Below are positions 48,020 through 57,708 of a stretch of DNA of 64,000 bases, piece by piece. The stretch spans positions 434,001-498,000 of the forward strand of contig CDRNVI010000026.1 in assembly GCA_977017575.1 (NCBI GenBank), given 5' to 3'. The stretch's first letter is position 1, and each line of letters opens with the position of its first letter. Source of the DNA: Paramoeba atlantica (taxonomy: Eukaryota > Protista > Discosea). Made by a program: the position numbers and the translations under genes. The notes beneath the pieces were generated by a model. That model did no database searches and was not told the origin of the DNA. It saw only the letters and a list, made by a program, of their open reading frames with translations.

Positions 48020-50857
48020 CACTCACTCACTCACTCACTTTACACTAAGCCCCGGAATAGGGCATTAGTTAAATATCTATCTGTATTTACGCTCAATACA
48101 TTCATCATCTAACTCTCCAACTGATTTCGTTTTCACGTCGATTGCCTCGTACTCGGTGCGCTTCGAAAGCGAAACACACAGCACCTTGCGTACACTGGAT
48201 TTTATTGTCCCATCTTGGTTTCCGTCAAAGGGGATATTTATCCGCGTTATGAGGTCGCGTCTCGTGGTCTACCTTTCTTGGTGCGGTTCGCGGCGGTACT
48301 TAATTGTGGGCCAGGCGCGGGGCAATGCTGTGATAAGTGCCGTTCTAGTGTAGTAGCCGAGGTCTTGCGCCTTTTCTCTGAAAGAGCGCCGAAAAGAGCT
48401 GTCTTTGCCAACGTGTCACACTTATCGTTGTATGGGTTGCCGCAATGCCCCTTTACTTTAATCACGTAGAATTTGACGCCATTCTCCTCTAAGGTCTTTA
48501 TTGCACCACCTAAATCCCAATAAATGTCGCTGTTTGGAAGGCCATTGTATCCTATTAGGTAATACTTTCGCCGCGTATTGCGTATAAAATGCCATACTAT
48601 CCACGAATCCGTATGCAGTACGATTGTACCCTCAACTTTGGGTGCTCTCTGAATAGCTAGTAGTGCCGCATAAAATTCCGCTCTTTCTGGCGATGGTGTG
48701 CCAAGAATCTCCTTACAAACAGTAGAACTAGCCACTTCATGGCCACACTGAACTTCAACAATCCCAATTCCAATCTTTCCGATGTAACTAGAACTAACTG
48801 AGGCGTCGGTATAAAGGTGTAGAACGTTGTTGTCACTTGAGAAAGGTGTTGGACCTTCTTCAGCGTACTGCAGGGCTGAAAGATCATTTTCCCGCTGTGC
48901 AGCAGCTGCAATGCGGTGCCAACCGCTTGATCTACAACCAATATACATTTTAGGATTCTCTAGCCCCATTTGAAGTTTTTCAACATGTTTTTGCCAACAT
49001 TTTCTATCCTCCGCATATACCAGGGCTTCCTCGACTACTAGTCCCATATCCCCGGTGCAAGCTTCGGATGGAGAACGAATTCGACTCTTTTCTTTAACGC
49101 GCCACTGCATCAGTTCCGAATATATCTCTGAATGCCGTATTAAGTGCCCTACAAGACGAGCCCGGTTAACTTTGTGCAGTGTGGAAAAAAGTGGGGTGTC
49201 TATATATAAGGCGGATATTGGCACACTTTTCCCAGAATGATCCAGTTTCGGACACTTACAAATAATACGACGCATCTTATTTACCTGTATATCTACTATT
49301 TCAATGTGGTTTCGCTCAACACTAGTGTGCCCGAGTTGTAATTTAGGATAGGGTATACGAGGGCATCGAACAAACGAAGTTTTGTCTTGACGCTCAAGGG
49401 CGATACCCATATGCCCCGAAATTTTGAGAAACCTGCCCACGTAAGTCGCAACCCGAAGATCGAAGGCAAGAGGCAAGAAGATCCCAGGAAGGAAGATCTT
49501 CTGTATGCAGTTGCGCTGCGACCTGTTCACAAATTCTGTTGTTAAACTTCTCTGCATGTTCTGGGTTTGATAATTGAAACCAGTGTATTTTCGGTCTTTT
49601 GATGTTGGACGATATCTTCCATTTGAATCGAATCTCTGCTCGCACAAGAAAGTGCACTGTCGGCGTAGGAACGGCAAAAACTTAATGATGTCGCAGAGCG
49701 CATGCAAAGCGTGAGCAGACTGCAATGTGATCCAACTGGCGTTTAGCATCATTAGGCAATATGCATGTCCATACTCGCTTGCTAGGGCATAAGGAGTGTC
49801 CTGATTTGCAATCTATCCCTTCCAAAAGCCCCTTCAACCTTTCAACAGCAAGTTCGTCTTCTTCTGTCGTTTTGCTGAAAGTGAGAGGTGCATTTAAGTC
49901 CCCAAGTAGAAGTGCGGGTCTTCGAGGGGCTTTGCCTACTGCTTCGTGAAACGCTTTTGTCAAAGAAATATCAAACTCTTGTTTGGCCTCCTCTGGGGAG
50001 TCACGCGTCGGCCCATATGCGTTGAGCATAAAGGCTGACCCTCCTTCGATGTTGAACTCGCCGGCCATTATCCTATCATTTACTTTCCACGCCTTTATTG
50101 GCTCTTGCGTGATGAACCCCATACCGTTATACCCGTTCACTGCAGACATAAGGTAGATGAAAAAGATTTTATTCCCGTGTCGAAGCTGGCGCTTTAAAAT
50201 ATCAAATCCTTCGCCAGAAATAAAAGTAAACCTTGTCTCCTGGAGATCCAGTATATGCAAGTTGGTTTGTGCCATGTATCGCACAATCTCGTGCAATCGA
50301 GCAGAAGCTTTCAGTTTGAAAACGTCGTCACCTTCAAGTTTCAATGATGTCGTATTAAGAGTGCCTACAGCCAGACACTTCTTCACAGCAGACCCTTTCG
50401 GGTCGTCGTCGCGTAGGGCATGCTTGCCACACAGTACCCTAGTTTTCCGTGCTTTTCTACGGTTGTTCGAACGCCCAGGTTTTCGAATGCGTGCTCCGCA
50501 TAACACGATTCGCGAATCATACGGCGGAAAGGGAAGCGTTCCCGATCGCTGGTGGTACTTTACCCGCCAGCGACCTAGCTGAAAGAGGAAACCAGGTCCT
50601 CGTTGAGTTACAGTGCCCTTCCAAATCCGAAACTCCGCACTGCTCGCGTATCTCCAGCAGAGTGCGATGTTGTAACCTGGGCGAAGAATTTTACTAATGC
50701 TCATCACTGCACGGGAGCGAAGTTTAGCATGCCCGTCTGACCCCAACATCGGGTCAAACAGAGCACCCCGACCTAACGCGGACCTAACCAGAAGGTTAAT
50801 AATTCCTACAGTAGCTGTGCAGGCCCGGACGCCTCCGCCATATTTTTGAAAATGTTC

Positions 50858-51235
50858 AAAAAAACAAAGGTCTTCAAAAAAACAAAGGTCTTCAAAAAAC
50901 AAAGGTCTTCAAAAAAACAAAGGTCTTCAAAAAAACAAAGGTCTTCAAAAAAACAAAGGTCTTCAAAAAAACAAAGGTCTTCAAAAAAACAAAGGTCTTC
51001 AAAAAAACAAAGGTCTTCAAAAAAACAAAGGTCTTCAAAAAAACAAAGGTCTTCAAAAAAACAAAGGTCTTCAAAAAAACAAAGGTCTTCAAAAAAATAA
51101 AGGTCTTCAAAAAAATAAAGGTCTTCAAAAAAACAAAGGTCTTCAAAAAAACAAAGGTCTTCAAAAAAGCAAAGGTCTTACAAAAAAACAAAGGTCTTCA
51201 AAAAAACAAAGGTCTTCAAAAAAACAAAGGTTTTC
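50858..51235. repeat. 18-bp tandem array AAAAAAACAAAGGTCTTC x ~21 (plus 2 more at 51433-51467)
   Basis: Units counted directly; lies at the 5' end of the LINE. Confidence 0.95.
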
Positions 51236-51432
51236 AATGATCTTCCAGAAAAACTCTTCCTTCTAAATGCGGAAGCCAACCATTTTCATGGTACGCTATG
51301 TTTATTGAATCTCCCGCCTTTGTTAGCAGAACTCACTTTGAATAATAACATATTTAAAGGTCCTTTAAATCTTAGCAGTCTACCGCTCACTCTTACGTCT
51401 TTAAATTTGAACGGCAACCTCCTCAATGGTAT
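51236..51432 (+). pseudogene. Captured fragment of a host 23-aa LRR gene (nearly 3 repeats)
   Basis: NDLPEKLFLLNAEANHFHGTLCLLNLPPLLAELTLNNNIFKGPLNLSSLPLTLTSLNLNGNLLNGI follows the family consensus; flanked on both sides by the 18-bp repeat. Confidence 0.85.
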
Positions 51433-51467
51433 AACAAAGGTCTTCAAAAAAACAAAGGTCTTCAAAA

Positions 51468-52240
51468 ACCCAATGTTTTCGATGGTTTACGGCCCCATGG
51501 CGCCATTCCCGATTTAGACACTTGCTGGCACCAGCGCAGTCCGTATATATTTGGCAACGGGAGTTCTTGGCAAGATGGCACACATGAGCGGTCATAGTGG
51601 CAGCATCTGTGCTTTCCAGGTACTTTACAAATATCTCTTTCATGGGATAGTGTATGCGACCTTCTTCATCTGGTATCTCATCGCAGTGTACCAAAGTATG
51701 GTACCAAGAGGAACCATCGCGTCGGACTCTTTTCCCTCGACCGCACCCCATTCGCTTGATCCGGGAAACGCACGTTTCGTCCTTTTGCATGAAAAGAACT
51801 GTGCCCTGTGAAGCGTCGAAGCGCATGTCGTGCGCAGTGCTAACAATGTATTCGAAGAATTGAAACAATTCGACAATTGTAAACTTGCCAAGAGTGCATT
51901 CGCGGGAAACTTGTTGAATGGACATACCCTCGATGAGACCGTACAACACGATGAGTGTGTCCTTAATACTTCGTTTGCTTTTTAAATTGAATAAGGGTTC
52001 CATCGCACTGTAACGTGCTCTACACTCTGTAGTTTCCACGTAAGGACAATACCAATGGGAACCATCATGTACACACATGATTTCCTTGGTGTCATGATAC
52101 TTGACTTTGAGGCACCACACCTGCTGGGCAACAAGTTTGTGATTCTTGAACCAACGTGATAAAAGTTCTTCAGTGCTGTCCGCAAAACTGGAGAAAGAGA
52201 TGCTCTTTATACATTCGAACTTCTCACACCCCTCGCAAAA
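51468..52240 (-). pseudogene. Merlin transposase N-terminal/core part
   Basis: QKDET..K...GRG (D), IYTDC (D), HGAVNH; frame open up to a TAG at 52241-52243; the 5' end is replaced by the 19-bp-motif repeat. Confidence 0.85.
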
Positions 52241-52398
52241 CTAATTCACTGTATTTTGTGACATGATTAGACGGCTATGCAAGATTCCTATACTTATGCA
52301 ATATTCCTATACTTCCACCGATGACTACAACGCCAAAATTCGTTTCGATGAGTACTCATCCAAACTACAACACCAGTGTCCATAATACAGTACGCAAA

Positions 52399-52471
52399 AG
52401 CCACATCCGAGGATCGAACTCGGGACCTCCGTCTTACTAGGACGGCGCTCTAACCACTGGGCTAATGCGGC
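52399..52471 (-). tRNA. tRNA-Thr(AGT)
   Basis: Cloverleaf GCCGCAT..ATGTGGC, anticodon arm CCGTC-CTAGTAA-GACGG, TTCGA T-loop. Confidence 0.93.
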
Positions 52472-52546
52472 ACTTTAAATGTGGACTGTCAACTTGGTGT
52501 GGAAGAATTCCTCCTTAAGAGAGATAGGTAGCGCACAATATTTGCA

Positions 52547-52618
52547 GGGGGCTTAGCTCAGAGGTAGAGCACCGGATTCCAAATCCGATGGTCGCAGGTT
52601 CAATCCCTGCAGTCCTCA
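52547..52618 (+). tRNA. tRNA-Trp(CCA) with a C27:A43 mismatch (4-bp anticodon stem)
   Basis: GGGGGCT TA GCTC AGAGGTA GAGC A CCGGA TTCCAAA TCCGA TGGTC GCAGG TTCAATC CCTGC AGTCCTC A. Confidence 0.93.
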
Positions 52619-52672
52619 TTTCCGACTTTTCATATCAAACGAGTTTATAGGTTACGTGCATAGACAGGAAGT

Positions 52673-52753
52673 GCGCTCATACCCAAGTGGTTAAGGGGCC
52701 TGACTAGAAATCAGGTGTGTTCTCACGCGTAGGTTCGAATCCTGCTGAGCGCG
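52673..52753 (+). tRNA. tRNA-Ser(AGA)
   Basis: Anticodon arm CCTGA-CTAGAAA-TCAGG, long variable arm, G73. Confidence 0.93.
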
Positions 52754-52810
52754 TTTTCGCTGCGTTAGCGATTTTACCACGTTGCATCTCCGTTTACGCT
52801 CGGCACCCGC

Positions 52811-52883
52811 GGGGGTGTAGCTCACATGGTAGAGCGTGCGCTTAGCATGCGCGAGGCACTGGGATCGATACCCAGCATCTCCA
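52811..52883 (+). tRNA. tRNA-Ala(AGC)
   Basis: G3:U70 pair, anticodon loop TTAGCAT. Confidence 0.93.
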
Positions 52884-52939
52884 TTTCGCTTCCACAACAA
52901 ATTTGAGTCCTCATCAGTGATTGTCTATCGAGGATAATC

Positions 52940-53012
52940 GGGCGTGTAGCTCAGTTGGCAGAGCGCTCGATTCGCATTCGAGAGGCCTAGGGTTCGATTC
53001 CCTACCCGTCCA
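52940..53012 (+). tRNA. tRNA-Ala(CGC)
   Basis: G3:U70 pair, anticodon arm CTCGA-TTCGCAT-TCGAG, T-tract terminator downstream. Confidence 0.92.
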
Positions 53013-53380
53013 TTTTTAGCTTTCCTGGCTCTCGCGTTAAAAGCGGTGGGTACTTCCACCGGAGTCTGTGCAACGGCACTAGCACTATTACCTGTCATGA
53101 ATTCATCTTATCTTCTTGTCTTACAGTAACTCCAAAAAGTGTTCAAATGTTTCGACATTCTTTAATGTTTTATTTTTTTAGCAAAGAGAATCAAAGGATA
53201 ATGCTGTAGTAGGTGGAAGTAACGGACTTTTGCAGAAGTCCTTTTTTGACCACCAACCTCTTGTTACTGTACCCCTCCCCTACTTATACCGTTACCCCTC
53301 CTAGTTATCCAAGTACGCTACTTATCCAAAAAATCGGGTAATTTTTGGAAAACTTATCCAACTTTTTGACACGAAGTCAT

Positions 53381-53412
53381 AAGTCCTTGACTTATGCATA
53401 AGTCAAGGACTT
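53381..53412. repeat. Perfect 32-bp palindrome built from the 19-bp motif variant
   Basis: AAGTCCTTGACTTATGCATAAGTCAAGGACTT equals its own reverse complement. Confidence 0.9.
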
Positions 53413-53779
53413 TTGTACAAGTACTTGACTTCCATCCAATTTATGTATACTTCTATCTTCCATTTCTCTTTTGAATTGTCCTGATTATTTATTCTATGAA
53501 CAATAGTGAGTTTTTAAGACTCCTTCGTTTTATGAATAATATTTCTTACTAGTAATGCACAATCGTCACCCAAGTTCTTTATCCCTTGAAGATTTAGTTC
53601 GCTCCGGCGAATTGATCCAACTTCAGAGCGGGAGATACTTTTTATGCGACCGACATCAGGATGCGTTGACTACCTTTACCCCTCCACTATCAGATTCTTT
53701 CATCTCCTCAGAGCTTCATCTTTATGTTTGCTCTTCTTCGGTACCACCTGATACTCCTATCGAGGGTGATTTAACATTC

Positions 53780-53983
53780 GTCGTTTCACCTGTGGTTCTC
53801 TGGAGTATTCTCAAGCTGTACAAGAATAAACATAGACCAAATACCGTGAGTAAAATAAAGGAAGTGTGCGATCGATACTTGAAGTCTCCTGCTTGTCTGA
53901 AGGAATGTTATAAACTGCACCGTACTTTTAAAAAATGAATGGAAATGGTTATTCTGTACGGAGGAAAGAAGATCCCTTACTGA
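53780..53983 (+). pseudogene. Tc1-like transposase C-terminal remnant related to 55719-56732
   Basis: LWSILKLYKNKHRPNTVSKIKEVCDRYL..YKLHRTFKK*MEMVILYGGKKIPY aligns with LWRKMKIEKNKRNPSTVSQIKAVCEEYL..QKLHASFKKRLELCIRKEGKKIPY. Confidence 0.75.
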
Positions 53984-54409
53984 AATACTACAGTGAATAT
54001 TTCATCCACTTTAGTATTCGATAGAAATTATGCAACTTTCTGCAAGTTTTAGTTCAGAGGAACATGTTTAAGTATTTGCATCTCTTTGAAAACCACGTCT
54101 GCCTTGGACAAAATTCTCAAAAAAAAAAAAATCTTTTCGATGTCCTTCTTTCAGAGATGACACGTCTTTTGACAAGACACGAGCATTGATGATGAAATCT
54201 CCCACACCTAAACCAAAGAGGAGGCTCTCACACTCTCCCAGGATGGCCTGCAGACTCCTCGGATCTTCCTTTCCTATCAAACCGAGTTATTTTACTTGAA
54301 GATTTGAAAAGTTTCACAGGATTTTTTTCACTGCCCAGATGAGCAAATTCTCAGATTTTTGCCCTTCCTCCCATGTTTATCGCATGCTGTTTGACGGCCA
54401 AAGTAAAGG

Positions 54410-54485
54410 GATATTGCATAAGTCAAGGAATATTGCATAAGTCAAGGAATATTGCATAAATCAAGGAATATTGCATAAGTCAAGA
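54410..54485. repeat. 19-bp array AAGGAATATTGCATAAGTC x ~4
   Basis: Direct inspection; variant of the 35085 array in the opposite orientation. Confidence 0.85.
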
Positions 54486-54578
54486 AGCACTTCTGTCCTG
54501 CTCCCGGTGAGGCCCCGGAGTTGCGAGAGGCCTCCATATCCCACAACTACCACCTCCCCCCCCCCTATTGAGAAGGTG

Positions 54579-54700
54579 TACTGTATCTTATAAAGATACA
54601 GTTTCTGTACCTTGTTGGTACATTTTGCTAGCCCTTCCTTTCTTTTCCCGGAAACGGGCATACATTTTCCTTTTAAATGCCAGTTTCCGGCTGACGGCTA
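54579..54700 (+). ncRNA. Spliced-leader (mini-exon) RNA-like sequence
   Basis: 39-nt TACTGTATCTTATAAAGATACAGTTTCTGTACCTTGTTG then GTA. It contains the conserved kinetoplastid GATACAGTTTCTGTAC and TTG|GT donor at canonical spacing, but the first ~11 nt are not AACTAACGCT. Downstream CCCG-GAAA-CGGG hairpin. Confidence 0.5.
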
Positions 54701-55718
54701 GCAGGGACTGTCCCTCTTGTCGTGGAAGTAGGGGACGTACCTCCGACTTTTCACCCCTCCCCGGCTCACTCCTTGAGTGAGTTTTCTTCCCTCCCCGGCT
54801 TTCTTCTTGTCGCGCCTGTCTCTTCCCGGGAGCTATGCGCCATGGTGGCCTCCCTTGAGGACCACTGGGCGTGACTCTGCCTCGCATTATCGCGAGGCAG
54901 CGGTCGGTTGCAGTGCGCCCCTCCGGCTGCGTAAAGAGGTGGTGAGTTGCCTGGACCACCTCTACCGACTGGGACCGAGTCGGTTGCAGTACGCCCCTCC
55001 GGCTGCGTAAAGAGAGGGCGAGTTGCCTGGACCCCCTCTACCGACCGAGTCCGTGTCGAACCCCCTTTGGCGACATCCGTTGTGGGCAGATTATGTGCCG
55101 ATGATATCGGCCGTCGCATTAAGGGGATTATCTCTGCGCCAAAGAGCGCATGATAAACAACGGGGGTCGCGCGAGCGATCCCTGATAAATGGGGTGAAGG
55201 TGGTAGTTGTTTTGGGGAATATGAGAGGCCGAACGCACGGAGGGGCCGGCCGGGCCACTGAGGTAGGACAGTCCTAGGACCTCCTATGTTACTTCTAGCA
55301 TGTCAACACGTACAACCGTTATATGAGAAATACTTTTACAAGATAGGGGAATGTAATATCTTGCAAATACTAGTGTACAGTGTCGTTCCAGCCATATTGC
55401 AACAAACATTTCGCTCTTAGGAAAGGTCCTCAGGTGAAATAAGTGGTGGAAACGCATCATTTAGGGTCAGGACTTTAGTGCAAAATTAGTTTGTTGAAAC
55501 AGTTTTAGGATTTTTCAATTTGCTTTTGAGTCAAAATGTTGGGCGGGAAGTAATTTTAGAACCCAATTTTTGTCGAAAATCTCCTGTAAAAAATTTACGA
55601 ACGACACTACATAATTGCCCACTAAGGCACAACGCATTTGAAAAACGATTGATGAGTTGACAGAAAGATCTATCGTATTTTTTCCACCCCAAATTTTCAA
55701 ATTTTCATCAACAAGCGT

Positions 55719-56732
55719 CTAGTAAGGAATTTTTTTACCTTCTTTCCGAATGCAGAGCTCTAACCTTTTTTTGAATGATGCATGAAGTTTCTGACAATAA
55801 CCTACGCATGATTCCGACTCCAAATACTCTTCACATACCGCTTTAATTTGAGAAACGGTTGATGGATTTCTCTTATTCTTTTCGATTTTCATTTTTCTCC
55901 ACAAATTCTCTATTGGATTTAGGTCGGGAGAATCCGCTGGCCATTTTGGAAGTACTTTTTTCTCATCGAACGAAGAGTGATATTGTCGGAGAGGCGCCTC
56001 AGCACTTTCTGAGCCTACGTACGTCGCCCACCATTCAGTTGTTCGTTTTGCAGTATGGGGAGGTGCACCGTCATCAACAAGTATTGCTGATGGCTGTGAA
56101 CGAGAATAAGGTACCCAATTTGCCTCGAGGATTTGCTTTCTGTAATATACTGACCCAAATTGCTTATTTTGACGTGGCATTTCACCAATTTCGTTAAACA
56201 CCGTACGACGGATATTTTCATCAGCGTAGAACCGACGGAAGTCATCACACCAATGATAAATTACCCGGCCTTCAACGTCAATAGCCCCCCATAGCATAAC
56301 CTTTGTTGGATGATGGGAACAGCCTTTTGGAACTCTATCTTCAGGACTCTGCCAAGCCCCGCGAGATAGGTCACCAGCGTGAACATTCACCTCATCCGTG
56401 AAAACTAGATGACTGAAAAATGTGTCATTGGACATGTTATTTTCTTTTAGCATGGCATGACAAAAGTCCACACGAGCCTTGCGCTTAGCCTCCGTTAAAT
56501 GAAGTGTGTGTTCCTTAGAGCGGAAACGATATCCATGATAGTAAAGTAGAGCTCTCATTCTTCGTCTAGGAACTAACAAAGGCACTGTGCTGAGTTCCAT
56601 CATGGTACAACGAAGATTGGTAAGAGTTCTTTGAGTTGAGGTAACAGCCAAAACTTTGGGTAGTAAGTCTTTGGCATTCTGATACCCTGACCAACTCTGC
56701 AAAGTGTTTCGTGTCGATGAAAGCTGATTCAT
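55719..56732 (-). mobile_element. Tc1/IS630-like transposase with DD53E spacing
   Basis: VFTDE, HHPTKVMLWG, LVDDGAPPH, KWPADSPDLNPIENLW; 53 residues between the second D and E. TIRs not identified. Confidence 0.85.
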
Positions 56733-57562
56733 TCGCTCGCTTCTCCTCCCCCTTCATTTCCCCTGAATAAAAAGTTCTCCTCCCGTAGACGAGCTATAGA
56801 AAGTATCAATCTGGTCTCGTTCTTTTTTAGAATTTCGCACTGTTCTTTATAATATTCACAGAGCTCGTTATATTTATTTAATTCTCCTTTTAAAAGAGTC
56901 AGTTCTATTGTCAGCTCACGCTCGCGCTTACTCGCATCACTCAAAAGCGTACTTTTCTCGTCTACTTTGCTCTTTAACCTTTTTACCTGAGCTTTGAGGT
57001 TCTGCTGCTTTCGCCGAAGTGTTTGGATGCTTGTATTTTTTAAAGAGAGGTTACTTTCCAGGCTGTCAATCTCACGCTCATAATGCTCGATTCCGGGCAA
57101 GGGGTTAGAGAGCTCAATGGGCTCAACACTAATAATTTCCTCCAAAACCGTCTCGTTTTTGGTTTCTGCGATAATCTCGTCAGTGACTTCGTATTCTGTG
57201 GCCGTTCCCTCTAACAGATCCATAAGCTGTCCTTCGTAGATAACAGGGTGCACCTTGAGACCAGAAGCGGAATCAGACGTGGAACGAGGCGGTGATGGAG
57301 GATTTTGACCGGCCTGAGCAGTTTCTTGGGACCAGCCGGTAATGAGAGATGATACATCTTCATTGGTGTCACTTTGGTCGGTGCTATAACCGGACGAGTA
57401 AGAAACTTCATCGTCCGGGTCCCAATCAGAATCATCACCCTCTGAGCCCGTGGTGATGTCTGAAGTAGCAAATGTTCCTTCAGTTTCGCTTGAGCAAGAA
57501 TGTTCCGATGATCCCCTAGTCGAGAAATCCGACTCACTATCCAGCTTAAAGCTAATACTCAT
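56729..57562 (-). CDS. Hypothetical acidic/Ser-rich coiled-coil protein overlapping the transposase start (ATGA)
   Basis: 277-aa ATG ORF; heptad-like C-terminal half. Confidence 0.55.
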   Translation of the reverse strand: MSISFKLDSESDFSTRGSSEHSCSSETEGTFATSDITTGSEGDDSDWDPDDEVSYSSGYSTDQSDTNEDVSSLITGWSQETAQAGQNPPSPPRSTSDSASGLKVHPVIYEGQLMDLLEGTATEYEVTDEIIAETKNETVLEEIISVEPIELSNPLPGIEHYEREIDSLESNLSLKNTSIQTLRRKQQNLKAQVKRLKSKVDEKSTLLSDASKRERELTIELTLLKGELNKYNELCEYYKEQCEILKKNETRLILSIARLREENFLFRGNEGGGEASE

Positions 57563-57708
57563 GGAGGTGGAAGGTTGGCTAAAAAGAAAAAAATCTACAA
57601 AAAAATGTGATTAAAGCAGCAAAGCAGAGCTAAATTACATATTATTAATGGAATAAGCACGTGATGCGCAAAAACCAAAAGCTTTGCGTAATTTTGCACT
57701 ATACCTTA

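Larger units (their letters stand above)
37574..49611. repeat. Second copy of a 12,036-bp direct tandem duplication (first copy 25538-37575)
   Basis: All ORFs recur identically at offset +12,036; 2-bp CG microhomology at the junction (..GATGTTGGAC|GCGAGCTCACG..). Confidence 0.95.
48020..51467 (-). mobile_element. APE-type LINE derivative (APE + post-RT region + RNase H, RT deleted), 3448 bp, 7-bp TSD ACCCAAT
   Basis: TSD at 48013-48019 and 51468-51474. APE ORF 49682-50902 (GTLNT, LQETR, NAYGP, LLGDLNA, QLDHI) runs through a TAA into the linker. RNase H ORF 48247-49752. No YxDD motif. (TGAG)n 3' tail. Confidence 0.85.

Noticed and set aside
50858-51467. 18-bp array with a unique insert as a CRISPR-like locus
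   Set aside because: The repeats are contiguous with no regular spacers, there are no cas genes, and the context is eukaryotic.
53013-53140. Possible snRNA next to the tRNA cluster (TATTACCTG resembles the U1 5' end)
   Set aside because: The match is too short, and no Sm site or U1/U2/U4/U6 structure was recognised.
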